DNA of 64,000 nt, taken from Hyalangium minutum. Lineage in GTDB: Bacteria > Myxococcota > Myxococcia > Myxococcales > Myxococcaceae. Shown piece after piece: positions 1 to 9,114 of the stretch; within the stretch, counting starts at the first letter, position 1, and every line of letters starts with the position of its first letter. Where the stretch lies: positions 173,596-237,595 of the forward strand of contig NZ_JMCB01000019.1 of assembly GCF_000737315.1 (NCBI RefSeq), in the 5' to 3' direction. The notes beneath the pieces were generated by a model. That model was given only the letters and a program-made list of their open reading frames with translations, was not told the DNA's origin and did not search any database. Made by a program: the position numbers and the translations under genes.

Positions 1-447
1 CATCATCTCCGGAGACTGGGGAGCGGGCTCGGACTCGCAGATGGCCACCTCCACGGGCTTGCCTTCGCTCGAGCGCCCCTGGAGGACGAGGCCGGTCACC
101 TTCGCACCCGCTGGGGAGGCCTCCAGGGAGCCGCCCTTGAGCTGGAGGGACTTCACCGCAGTGTCCCCCGGCTTCACGGGCGAGAGGGCCACCGAGACGA
201 GCACGCTGCGGGTCTCCGGCGCCACCTTCTCCGTATCCCAGTCCCGCCGGCTGCCCCACAGCATCGTCCCCTGGGGGTTGCGCTCCCGCGTGGGCGACCG
301 AGGCTGGCACCGCCGCGCGTAGCGCTCGGCGTCGGACAGCGGGGCGGCCTTGGCTACCGCCTTCGCACTCGGAGGAGGAGCGGCGTATGCCACCGCGCTG
401 AGATGAAGACACAACCCGGCCATCAGGAACCTATTGAAAAAGGTCAC
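1..447 (-). CDS. ADYC-domain-type secreted protein, N-terminal part (runs off window start)
   Basis: Translated by hand: GTG at 447 after GGAGAG gives MTFFNRFLMAGLCLHLSAVAYAAPPP...NPQGTMLWGSRRDW...LVLQGRSSEGKPVEVAICESEP, open to position 1. Signal peptide; resembles the N-terminus of myxobacterial ADYC proteins. Not in the ORF track. Confidence 0.6.
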   Translation of the reverse strand, partial: MTFFNRFLMAGLCLHLSAVAYAAPPPSAKAVAKAAPLSDAERYARRCQPRSPTRERNPQGTMLWGSRRDWDTEKVAPETRSVLVSVALSPVKPGDTAVKSLQLKGGSLEASPAGAKVTGLVLQGRSSEGKPVEVAICESEPAPQSPEMM

Positions 448-612
448 GGTGCTCTCTCCGGTGAAGTCACGTCGGTGGGGCCTGAACCGGCCCTCACGGG
501 TACAGAGCCAGTGTCGGCCCGAATCATTCAGAAAAACGGACGGGGTCCAGCGCTCGCCTCCTGCACCCATGAGAGAATGAGAGCTCTTGGGTAGGCAGGA
601 GGTCTCGCACAC

Positions 613-1560
613 GTGGAATCCAGCACCCGGACGACTGTTCCCCTGACTCGCGCGGCCCTGCTGCTGCTCGGGCTCTGGCTCCCAACCCCGGTCCTGGCTC
701 AGACCGCCCCGCCGCTGCCCGAGCGCCGGCTCGTTATCAACAGCCTGCTCGTCGCGCGCCTCAACCCCCTGGGGCTCGAGCTGCAGACGCGCGGCGGCTA
801 CCAGCGGCGCCTCTACCCTCACGAGGGACCGCTCTTCCGCGACAACTTCCTCTTCGTGGGTGTCTACCCCAAGCTCAGCCCCGCGGGTATCAAGGTGGGG
901 CCGGTGGTGGAAGTACAGCCTCTGTCCATCTTCAACCTGAGGCTGTCCGCCGAGTACGTGGGCTTCTTTGGCGCGCAGGGCTTCTTGCAGTCGCGCCCTT
1001 CGGCGAACGCGGACGCCTCCGACACGGCCCGGGATGACGGCAAGGCCGCGGGGCAGCACTACAGCGCCTCGGGGATGCGCCTGGCCCTCGAGCCCTTTGT
1101 CCAGATGAAGCTGGGGCCCGTCGCCGTGCGAAACCGCTTCGCGGCCGAGTACTGGAGCATGGGCCTGCGCGGCGAAGACCGGGTCTGGTACGACGCCACA
1201 CTGGACACGCTGGTGCCCGGCAAGGGCTTCACGCTGGCGAACGATCTGGACGTGCTCTTCCTGGGGCTGCCGCCGCTGGTGGTGGGGGCGCGCTATTCGC
1301 TGGTCGAGCCGCTCTACACGCCGCGCCACCTCGAGGCGGGCGAGGCCCTGACGGTGGACAATGGCCACCAGCGCGTGGGGTTGCTGGCCGCCTATGTCTT
1401 CTATGACGAGGGGTACACGGCCTTCAACAAGCCAGCCGTCATCCTCAACGTCGCGTGGTACCTGCAGCATCGCTTCCGCACAGGGGCGGACGTGAACCGC
1501 GCCATGCCCTATCTGCTCCTGGGCTTCGCCTTCCAGTCGGATCTTCTGGACGGAACGTAG
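613..1560 (+). CDS. Hypothetical exported, probable outer-membrane beta-barrel protein
   Basis: Signal peptide (LLLLGLWLPTPVLAQ), alternating amphipathic aromatic-rich segments, GC3-rich codons. Confidence 0.6.
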   Translation: MESSTRTTVPLTRAALLLLGLWLPTPVLAQTAPPLPERRLVINSLLVARLNPLGLELQTRGGYQRRLYPHEGPLFRDNFLFVGVYPKLSPAGIKVGPVVEVQPLSIFNLRLSAEYVGFFGAQGFLQSRPSANADASDTARDDGKAAGQHYSASGMRLALEPFVQMKLGPVAVRNRFAAEYWSMGLRGEDRVWYDATLDTLVPGKGFTLANDLDVLFLGLPPLVVGARYSLVEPLYTPRHLEAGEALTVDNGHQRVGLLAAYVFYDEGYTAFNKPAVILNVAWYLQHRFRTGADVNRAMPYLLLGFAFQSDLLDGT

Positions 1561-1593
1561 TCTCGTGAAGCTCTCGAGCTACGGCACCGCAGG

Positions 1594-2100
1594 TCACCTC
1601 TTGAAGAAGCCCCCTTCGGGGAACGCTTGGGTCGCCAGCCTCTGCAGCAAGGCGAAGTCATCCAGGAAGCCCGCTTCTTGGAGGTATGTGCGCTTCGAGT
1701 CGTAGAAGGCGAGCTTCTCGCAACTGAAGCAAGCGACCACGTCCAGCCAATCCGTGCCGCGCCAGAAGCGCAGGGTGATGTCCGGGTTGAACATGCACTT
1801 GCGACGCGGCCTGGGCTCGAAGTCCTTCGGTGACACCCAGATCTTCCCCAAGGCCTCGCGATCCTCCTTGCTGAGCGCGGGGCCCTCGCGGGTGAGGAGG
1901 TAGGGTCCGCTGAACTTGCGGGTGTCCGGCTCGGGAGGCAGTTGGTCCCAGTTCTGGTCCACATCCGAGAGGAAGATCTGCACCCGATCCGGCTGGCGAA
2001 AGAACTGCTCCAGGGTGGGTGAGGCGGGAGCCTTCGGTGCCACATTCGGTGCCACAACAGGCGCGGAGGACAGGCACAGGATCAGGAGCGCGGTGAGCAT
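1594..2100 (-). CDS. Hypothetical exported protein
   Basis: Start moved to MLTALLILCLSSAP at 2100; C-x-F-x-P and C-F-S-C motifs; normal codon bias. Confidence 0.55.
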   Translation of the reverse strand: MLTALLILCLSSAPVVAPNVAPKAPASPTLEQFFRQPDRVQIFLSDVDQNWDQLPPEPDTRKFSGPYLLTREGPALSKEDREALGKIWVSPKDFEPRPRRKCMFNPDITLRFWRGTDWLDVVACFSCEKLAFYDSKRTYLQEAGFLDDFALLQRLATQAFPEGGFFKR

Positions 2101-2226
2101 GGGTCTCCAGGCTACATGGATTGAGGTGGGGTTTGCCGCTTCGCAGCCTCCAATGCTCGGAGCACTGGAGCCTAGGACTTGACGTCGTCGCGGCCGACGA
2201 CCGTCATCATCGTGGCGCTCAGGGTG

Positions 2227-2251
2227 GCGGGTTCGATTCCCGCCGCCTCCA
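2227..2251 (+). repeat. ssrA (tmRNA)-like 3'-end fragment, copy 1 (att core)
   Basis: GCGGGTTCGATTCCCGCCGCCTCCA = T-arm plus 3' acceptor strand CGCCTCC-A, with no matching 5' half nearby. Confidence 0.7.
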
Positions 2252-2848
2252 TCTTGAGAGAGGCTCAATTCGTGTAGGAGCAGACGGTCTGCGTCTGATC
2301 AATCGAACACGTCCAGCGCGAATGGTCTGCGCAGTAGCTCGGCCCAGGAAAGTCGCGGTGTCCGCTCCTTCTTCGGTTCAGCCTTCGCCGTTGCCTCAGG
2401 CGGCGAGTTCTCCGTCTCCAGCCCCTCCCTCTCCCCAGGTTGAGAAAGTCTCCGCGCAACCATCGCTGAAGCTGCAGGGCTCTACTCCCCAGAACTGGGT
2501 GGAAGCCTCGCGCAGTCCGGGAGATCCCGTGTACACGTCTCAGTCTCCGTACTGGTGCTCGTTACATAGCATCCACCCAAGCCATCATCCCCACACTTGG
2601 AAGCCATCACGGTCCTCGCCCGAGACCCCGTCAGGGCGCAGGAGCTAACCTAACGAATTGGCAACCCGTAGCTTGTTCCGCAACCCGTTCCGCAGGGGGC
2701 GAAAACAATGCCAGGGCAGGCCACTCTCGTCCCCGTGCAAAACTCCGCCACATCAGCTGACAGAGCCCTGAGAATACTGGGGCCGGGAGCCGCTGATAAA
2801 GCAGCAGCTTCCGGCCATGGTTTCCAGGAACACTGAGCGCTGGCGAGA

Positions 2849-5362
2849 CTACTCGGGGAGTGTAATCACTTGTGTGCTCGTCACGGACTGACCATTCCAG
2901 AAGAAGAGGGTGAATTCGTCGCTCGCGTTCCAGTGAATACTCCGAGTTATCTTCTGTGTCTCGATGGGGCCGAAAGTGATCGTCTCCATGAGAATGCCGC
3001 GCGCGTCATAGAACTCGAAGGTTCGAGTGACGGGTTCACTGCCTTCGTTGCCGAAAAGCATGAAATATTGATTTGGCTGGAGGGGAGGTGTGATCGCTGT
3101 CGACCAATCAATGGGTTGGTACAGAGCCTGGGGGAGTTGGTTTGAGATGCCGCCGCCCGGAGCCGCACCACCGTTGGAACGTGCCCAGACAAGGTTGCCG
3201 CCGGCTCCTTCTCCAGTCGTGGTTCCGAACACCCGGATTTGGTTGAGGGTTCCACAGATGTGCGTGCCGCCACAGGTGCCGCTGCTGTTGCAGACATCTC
3301 CGGTCGTACAGGAATTGGAATCGTTACATGGTGTACCGGTGGTGGTACGTGAGCAGGACTGGCTTTCGCTGCTGGTGAAGCCAGCACAATTTCCCTCCGA
3401 GCAGGTATAGGTAGTGATGGAGCGGGACTGTGAGCCTATGGGATCGCAGACGTCGTTGAAGCCACCGCATGCGCCCCACGCCCCAGCACTGGGAGTGCCA
3501 CAGGGAGTGTTGACCGGCTTGTTGCTCCAACTAGTGGTGGAGACGCTTGGATTGCACGTCTGGCAGCTGGCGGCCGGGTTGGTAGCGCCGGAGGCATAGT
3601 AGGTGCCGCCAATCCAGCAGCCTGCGGTGCACTGGCCCGCGCTGGTGCAGATGAGCCCTGAGCCGCAGGAGGTGCCGGGAAGGGCCGAGGGATGAGAGCA
3701 GTTGCCCGAGGCATCGCAGATGTCCAGGGTGCAGGCGTTGCTGTCATTGGTGCAGGCCGTACCGGAGGGCAGGAAGCCATCGCCCGGGCAACTATCGGAG
3801 GTGCCGGTGCAGGACTCGGCGGCGTCGCACGCTCCGTTGGAGGCACGGCAGACAGTGGTAGCGGGTTTCTTGGCGTCCGCTGGGCACGAGCTGGAGGTAC
3901 CGATGCACATCTCTGCGGCATCACAGCTACCATTGGCCGCGCGGCAGACAGTGGTGGATGGCAGGAATGAGCAGGTGCCCAGATTGCCGAGGATGTTGCA
4001 CGCATCGCATGCGCCGCCACATGTGGAGTCGCAGCACACGCCATCCACGCACTGGCTGCTGGAGCATTGGTTGGCCGCGGTGCAAGCAGCCCCGTTGCCC
4101 CTGTGCGCCTCGCAGGTGTTGCCCTCGCAGTAGGAGCCGCTCGCGCAGTCGGTATCCGCCCGGCAACAGCTTGAGGAGGCACACTCTCCGTAACCGCACG
4201 TGGCCGGGTTGCAGGTCTGCATCCCCGCTGCACCGCACCACGCCGTGCAGCTCCGGCTGCTCGAGCCAGTACACTCGAAGCCCTCGTCCACTTGCCCGTC
4301 GCAGGTGTCGTCCACCCCGTTGCACGCCTCCGCTGCGGGCGGCGTGCAGGCCCCCCACGAGCAGGTCGCCCCGCACACCCGGGTGCCAGTGGAGCCACAG
4401 CTCGTCGCACAATTGGCGTTCGTCCCCTCCTCGCACTCTCCCCCCAGCTCGTCCAGCGCGTTGACATGGGCTATTGCGCCACTGAGGTTCAGCGAAAGGG
4501 CGTACATGCCGCCGAACAAGTGTCCACGGCTGAAGGTGACGCGGGCATGAGGGGCCAGCACCGTACCCTTGAACTCGGTACTTCCGATGTCGATGCGAGT
4601 GGCATCCACGAAGTGGTAGAGCACGCGCTGCGGGGTGATGCCGCCGCTGAACAAGGTGCTGAAGCCGTTGAAGCTGAATGGGTTGTCGGAGGCGGGGTGC
4701 GTGCTGCGGACGTTGATCACCACGAACGAGCTGGCCGGCGCGTTGATGGACCACGCCCAGGCACCGGTGAGGTGGGTGTTGGTCACATTGAAAATGTTCA
4801 GGCACGGATCCGCGCCGTTCATCTTCACGTTGCCATATTCGAGCGTGGCGTCGAGGCCCTGCTGGTCAGCCAGCCGCGAGGACAGACCGAGCATCTTGTC
4901 GCGCCGGTCCGCGAAGTTGAAGTCAGAGGGAATGCCCGGCGTCATGGTGCAGCCCGAAGCGCAGCCCGTGCCCCTGTCGGTGTAACTACCTCCATACCTG
5001 ACGTCGCCATGGAGGGTGCCTCCCGAGACGGTCAGGTCACCACCTGCCATCAACGCGCTGGGGGCATTGTTTGGCAGCACCGAGCCCGCTTCGGAGCGCG
5101 TCAGGGCGATGTTGCCACCCGCTGCCACCTTGCCCTCGACGGTGCTCTCGACGGTGGTGGCGCCCTCGATCAGGAACAGGTTGTAGTCACCCAAGTGAAT
5201 GTCAAGGCAAACGGAGCAGGAGTCCGCCGTGACCTGACTGATGGCGGTGCTCAGGTTCGCTGGCGCTCCCGCTTGCGTTTGCCCTGGTTCGCTTGAGGTG
5301 CATTTCAACGCGCCAAGAACGACTGCTGCCGCCAACAAACACGTAAATCCCGCCCGGTACAT
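2849..5362 (-). CDS. Choice-of-anchor A domain surface protein with Cys-rich (MopE-like and disintegrin-like) repeats
   Basis: Signal peptide MYRAGFTCLLAAAVVLG; LGDYNLFL...VEGKVAAGGNI and GTVLAPHARVTF...G motifs; EACNGVDDTCDGQVDEG; tandem CRA-x-NG-x-CDAAE-x-C repeats. Confidence 0.8.
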   Translation of the reverse strand: MYRAGFTCLLAAAVVLGALKCTSSEPGQTQAGAPANLSTAISQVTADSCSVCLDIHLGDYNLFLIEGATTVESTVEGKVAAGGNIALTRSEAGSVLPNNAPSALMAGGDLTVSGGTLHGDVRYGGSYTDRGTGCASGCTMTPGIPSDFNFADRRDKMLGLSSRLADQQGLDATLEYGNVKMNGADPCLNIFNVTNTHLTGAWAWSINAPASSFVVINVRSTHPASDNPFSFNGFSTLFSGGITPQRVLYHFVDATRIDIGSTEFKGTVLAPHARVTFSRGHLFGGMYALSLNLSGAIAHVNALDELGGECEEGTNANCATSCGSTGTRVCGATCSWGACTPPAAEACNGVDDTCDGQVDEGFECTGSSSRSCTAWCGAAGMQTCNPATCGYGECASSSCCRADTDCASGSYCEGNTCEAHRGNGAACTAANQCSSSQCVDGVCCDSTCGGACDACNILGNLGTCSFLPSTTVCRAANGSCDAAEMCIGTSSSCPADAKKPATTVCRASNGACDAAESCTGTSDSCPGDGFLPSGTACTNDSNACTLDICDASGNCSHPSALPGTSCGSGLICTSAGQCTAGCWIGGTYYASGATNPAASCQTCNPSVSTTSWSNKPVNTPCGTPSAGAWGACGGFNDVCDPIGSQSRSITTYTCSEGNCAGFTSSESQSCSRTTTGTPCNDSNSCTTGDVCNSSGTCGGTHICGTLNQIRVFGTTTGEGAGGNLVWARSNGGAAPGGGISNQLPQALYQPIDWSTAITPPLQPNQYFMLFGNEGSEPVTRTFEFYDARGILMETITFGPIETQKITRSIHWNASDEFTLFFWNGQSVTSTQVITLPE

Positions 5363-5700
5363 TTCATCCGCTCCAGGCCCCCGGCGGATGCCTCCGTAGG
5401 AGCGTCGATCTTCGGGCTGCAACGCACCGCTCGGGAGGCGCAGCGCAGTCCTTGCCAACGACAAGTGAGCCAGAAGGAGTCAAAATGATGCAGAAGAATC
5501 TGCGGGCTCGGTCGTCTTTCGCGGTAAGTGAGGAGCGCCGCAGCGAGGCCACGCCCTTGACGCGTTGCGGTGTCATGGAGCAGGCCACCCGAATTCCACT
5601 CGCCTGCGTCTGCGGCGCTCCTGGCAGGGCCGCCATGACGGCAGAGGAACATGCGACGCTGGCCACCATCGGCGCGAACCTGGAGATGCGGGGGCGGGAT

Positions 5701-5813
5701 CTCCGCGACTTCTTCACGGCATGGACGGGAGGCGGCCTTCCTGAATGCCTGGGGATAGTTACCCCCGCACGGTTTCGTCCTCCGTCATGTTGCACGTATG
5801 TCGCAGGAGCCTG
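5701..5813 (+). pseudogene. Decayed repeated block, copy 1 (LRDFFTAWTGGGLPE plus GTTGCACGTATGTCGCAGGAGCCTG)
   Basis: 39/45 nt identical to 7625-7669 and 24/25 nt identical to 7676-7700 (aligned by hand). Confidence 0.5.
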
Positions 5814-5824
5814 CGGAATGTGCT

Positions 5825-5858
5825 GGGACAGGACGGGACGACACGGGACGCGGCGGGA
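5825..5858 (+). repeat. GGGAC-type short direct repeats, possible integrase arm sites
   Basis: GGGACAGGACGGGACGACACGGGACGCGGCGGGAT, about 75 bp upstream of the second ssrA fragment. Confidence 0.35.
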
Positions 5859-5932
5859 TAACGAATCCAAATCATTCCGGGCGGTTGCGAGGCAAGGGCG
5901 CGATTCTGCTAGAGATTTCGCACCGCCGGCAT

Positions 5933-5955
5933 GGGTTCGATTCCCGCCGCCTCCA
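5933..5955 (+). repeat. ssrA (tmRNA)-like 3'-end fragment, copy 2 (att core)
   Basis: GGGTTCGATTCCCGCCGCCTCCA, 23/23 identical to 2229-2251. Confidence 0.7.
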
Positions 5956-5993
5956 CACCGTTCATCGCACAGGAGCCAGTAGACTCCAGAGCC

Positions 5994-6638
5994 ATGCGTG
6001 CAAGCCCTGCTGGCTGGGTAGCTTTCGTCGGTGTGCTCCTGGCTGCCTGCGCCTCCACGAATGTCTCGTTGCCTGAGGAGGAACCCCAGGAAGTCTCCTG
6101 GGAAGAAGGCTGCCAGGACAACACCACCCTTGAGCTGGTCTGCTCCGAAAACACCTGTGCCTTCTTCCGCTGCAGGGACTTGACAGAAGCCAGGGGAGCA
6201 AGCCCTGGCCAGATCGAACCGACTCGATGGCCGGGGCTCAGGCCTCCTGGCGGGTGGCGCAGAGGGGGACGGCTACCTCGGCCAGGCGCCGAGCCCGTCT
6301 TCCGAATCCGCTGGCACAACCACCCCGCTCCGACCCTGCCCAGTCAGCGCCCGCTCCCGCGCGACCGCCTCGTGAAGCACCACATCTTCCCGCAGGCCCC
6401 GGACCTCGCCGCATGGTTCCAGCAGCAGGGCCTCAACATCCACCAGTACACGCTCTTGATTCCTCGTGAAGTGCATATTCGGATCCACCTCGGAGGCCAA
6501 CGCGGAGGCCGGTGGAATGAGGAATGGCGTCACTTCACGAGGGGCCGCCTGCGAGCCACACCCGAGGAGATCTGGCAGCACGCCATCAAGTTGATCGTGA
6601 AGTACGATCTGACAGGAGCCTCGATGGTGCCCTACTGA
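5994..6638 (+). CDS. sitA6: SitA6-family (TIGR02269) polymorphic toxin lipoprotein
   Basis: Lipobox LLAAC; ELVCSENTCAFFRC; His-rich toxin domain KHHIFPQ...IHQYT...HIRIH...GGRWNEEW. Confidence 0.8.
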   Translation: MRASPAGWVAFVGVLLAACASTNVSLPEEEPQEVSWEEGCQDNTTLELVCSENTCAFFRCRDLTEARGASPGQIEPTRWPGLRPPGGWRRGGRLPRPGAEPVFRIRWHNHPAPTLPSQRPLPRDRLVKHHIFPQAPDLAAWFQQQGLNIHQYTLLIPREVHIRIHLGGQRGGRWNEEWRHFTRGRLRATPEEIWQHAIKLIVKYDLTGASMVPY

Positions 6639-6662
6639 TGAGGCACCCTGAGCGCAAATCGG

Positions 6663-7376
6663 ATGCGATTCTACGAGTTGAGGGAGAACCGAGCGTCGGG
6701 CTACACAGGGGACATCAGTGCCGCATCCAAGTGGTTCCTCCCCGGAGCGAAGTGTCCTGGGTGCGGTGCTACATGGGCCAACGCGGCGGTGGCTTATCCC
6801 TGCGTCGACCTATCACGGCATCCCCAGCAGGCAGCGTTCGTGGTGCCGAGGGCTGAGCCTCTTCATGAGTTCGAACGGCTGCGTGAGCTGATCCGCCCCT
6901 GGGCTCCTGAAGGAGCGCCTCTTCCTCCCGGAACGCGGTTCGGTCCCCTTGTCGGGAACGCGTGGGGGCGCTTCGGCTCCTTCTTCTTCCAGAATCCCTG
7001 GACGCTGCTGGTGCGACGCGAGGCCATGGAGACGCTGCAACAGGCCGGCCTTCGGGGGTTGGCGGGGCATCAGCCGCAGCTGAGCTTCCGTCAGAAGAAA
7101 GAGCTGCCAGACCTGATGGAACTCCAGCTTATGCCCTACGGACTGTTGCACGCTGACTGCCTGCGCCAACCCCCTGCGCCTTGTCCTCGGTGCGGGCGTG
7201 AGGGCTCCGAACTCCCAGAGCAGCTCATCCTCAAGGCCGCCTCGCTGCCGCCACATACGGATGTGTTTCGCCTGGCCGATTTCGAAAGCGTCCTGGTCGG
7301 CACCGAGCACTTCAAGGAGGCCGTCCAGCGCCTCGGGATGGATGGAATCCTCTTCCACGAACTACCGCTGCGCTGA
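6663..7376 (+). CDS. sitI6: SitI6-family double-CXXCG (TIGR02264) immunity protein
   Basis: CPGCG and CPRCG motifs; directly downstream of the sitA6-like gene. Confidence 0.8.
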   Translation: MRFYELRENRASGYTGDISAASKWFLPGAKCPGCGATWANAAVAYPCVDLSRHPQQAAFVVPRAEPLHEFERLRELIRPWAPEGAPLPPGTRFGPLVGNAWGRFGSFFFQNPWTLLVRREAMETLQQAGLRGLAGHQPQLSFRQKKELPDLMELQLMPYGLLHADCLRQPPAPCPRCGREGSELPEQLILKAASLPPHTDVFRLADFESVLVGTEHFKEAVQRLGMDGILFHELPLR

Positions 7377-7624
7377 GCGACAGGCTGTACCAGCCGATGC
7401 AGCACTCTGCATGGCTGACGCCCGCCATCCGCAGCGCCCGCAGGAGCAGGTGCTTGGCCATCCCAGCGTTGAGCGGCTGGCCGCCCGGCTGGCAGAACAC
7501 GAAAGGGCCACACGGGGGACGGTGTACCTGGGTGCCTCCACAGCTGAGCCGGGCAGGTTCACGGTCCTTTCCCGCGTACGAAGCGGCTTGCACGGCAGTT
7601 CCGGCAGCCAGGGTTCAGCGCAAG

Positions 7625-7700
7625 CTCCGCGATTTCCTCACGGCATGGGCGGGAGGGGCCATTCCTGAAGGTCCGGTTGCACCTATGTCGCAGGAGCCTG
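7625..7700 (+). pseudogene. Decayed repeated block, copy 2 (LRDFLTAWAGGAIPE plus GTTGCACCTATGTCGCAGGAGCCTG)
   Basis: Diverged copy of 5701-5813 with a shorter spacer. Confidence 0.5.
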
Positions 7701-7812
7701 TTTCCAAGGTGGTGACTGAAGTCACCGGTGGATGACGGGGGTCATCAGGACGCTCCCGGCCCATTCCCCCTGGGAGGCCTCCTGGGTCGGCCCGTGACAA
7801 GCCCTCTGCTCT

Positions 7813-7828
7813 GATGAATGTGCTCACC
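7813..7828. promoter_or_regulatory. CRP/FNR-type box (single, weaker)
   Basis: GATGA-ATGTGC-TCACC; weak partner CGTGAC at 7793; about 108 nt upstream of the 7937 gene. Confidence 0.4.
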
Positions 7829-7936
7829 AGCCCTTGCAGGCTCTCCCCTGGGACGAGGTGCTGGCATGTCGGATGCAGAAGGACAGGGCATCACTTCACC
7901 TCACCGCCCGCGGTGACACCGTCCAGGAGAACTCCC

Positions 7937-9013
7937 ATGGCCCCCATCGGCTCCAAGCTGACCCGCGCTGCTCCCCTCTCCTCGGCCCCGGCCTCGTTCG
8001 AGCCCAAGCCGCTGACGCGTGCCAAGCCGCTGACGGAGGCCAAGCCGAAGGGCCCGGACGCCCTGAAGCACCCGGCCCTGCCCGATGGCGGTCCCAAGTA
8101 CAGCCCCCTCGTGCAGAACACGGGCGATGCCGGCGTCCTGATGGCGACCGGCGGCACCAACAAGCTCACCGCGCCGCTGAGCGCCGATCCGAAGAAGTAC
8201 CTCGACAAGCCGGGCACCACCCACCAGAAGGACGTCTTCGGCGGCACGGCGAAGGCCAGCCTCGGCTCGGCCTCGGCCTCCACCATCAACCACCGCGCGG
8301 GCGGTGTGATTCAGCACTCGGCCCAGGCCGAGATCAACGGGCCGAATGCCTCCTTCCAGGCCCAGAAGACGCACGCGGGCCGGCTGGGCATCACCAGCGC
8401 CCAGCTCACCGGCGAGGCCACCGCGTTCAAGGGGCAGGCGCAGGCGGGCATCCAGCTCGATAACAAGAACCACGCGTACACCGCCGCGCTGACGGGCCGG
8501 GCGGAGACGGGCGTGAACGTCACGGGCAGCCTCACGCATGACGTCAACCGGCACGTGGGCGGGTTCCTCAAGGGCGAGGCCAAGGCCGGAGCCGCCGCCT
8601 TCGCCGAGGCCGCCGCGTCGCTGAACCCGAAGGCCGGCACGGCGCTGCTCTCGGCCCAGGCGGGCGCGGGGGCCACCGCAGGCGTGTACGGCACGGCGGG
8701 TGGGCACCTGGGCCGGCTGCACGGCTCCGCCACCGCGGGCCTGGTCGCGGGCGCGGCGGCTCAGGCCGGTGGGAAGCTCGGTCTGGAGAATGGCTTCCTC
8801 CGCCAGTCGGCGCAGGTCAACGCCGCCGCGGGCGTGGGCACGCACCTCAAGACCGACGTCGCGCTCGACGTGCGCCATCACCTCAAGCCCAGCCTGGCCG
8901 AGGGCCTGCGCCCGGGCCTCGCTGCCGCGACGGGTGTGGGCTCGCCCGCGAGCGCGCTGCAGCCCGAGAAGTCGAAGCTCGAGAAGGCTCTCTCGAAGGC
9001 GTTTGGCGGCTGA
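7937..9013 (+). CDS. Gly/Ala-rich protein without signal peptide, candidate T6SS effector
   Basis: Strong GC3 bias; start MAPIGSK after AGGAGA; long run of A-x-A-x-G small-residue strands. Confidence 0.65.
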   Translation: MAPIGSKLTRAAPLSSAPASFEPKPLTRAKPLTEAKPKGPDALKHPALPDGGPKYSPLVQNTGDAGVLMATGGTNKLTAPLSADPKKYLDKPGTTHQKDVFGGTAKASLGSASASTINHRAGGVIQHSAQAEINGPNASFQAQKTHAGRLGITSAQLTGEATAFKGQAQAGIQLDNKNHAYTAALTGRAETGVNVTGSLTHDVNRHVGGFLKGEAKAGAAAFAEAAASLNPKAGTALLSAQAGAGATAGVYGTAGGHLGRLHGSATAGLVAGAAAQAGGKLGLENGFLRQSAQVNAAAGVGTHLKTDVALDVRHHLKPSLAEGLRPGLAAATGVGSPASALQPEKSKLEKALSKAFGG

Positions 9014-9041
9014 GCCACTTGCCACACAAGGGCGGCGCCGC

Positions 9042-9080
9042 AGTGAAGCGGCACACAGGTTTTCTATGAAGCCCTCCACA
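9042..9080. promoter_or_regulatory. Tandem CRP/FNR-type boxes
   Basis: AGTGA-AGCGGC-ACACA (9042) and TATGA-AGCCCT-CCACA (9065), 23 bp apart. Confidence 0.55.
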
Positions 9081-9114
9081 GCGGGTGCGGAGCCGCCTCG
9101 GCAGAGTGCGACGC

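Noticed and set aside
2227-2251. Intact tRNA or tmRNA gene at either GTTCGATTCCC site
   Set aside because: Only the T-arm and 3' acceptor strand are present. No complementary 5' strand or D-arm lies upstream and CCA is incomplete, so both were treated as att remnants.
2260-2848. Small ORFs in the gap after the first ssrA fragment
   Set aside because: No codon bias, ribosome site or recognisable motif in any frame.
7400-7520. Tyrosine-integrase C-terminus (QEQVLGHPSVE resembles QELLGH-x-S)
   Set aside because: The match is too short, with no H-x-x-R or catalytic Tyr; not supportable without a search.
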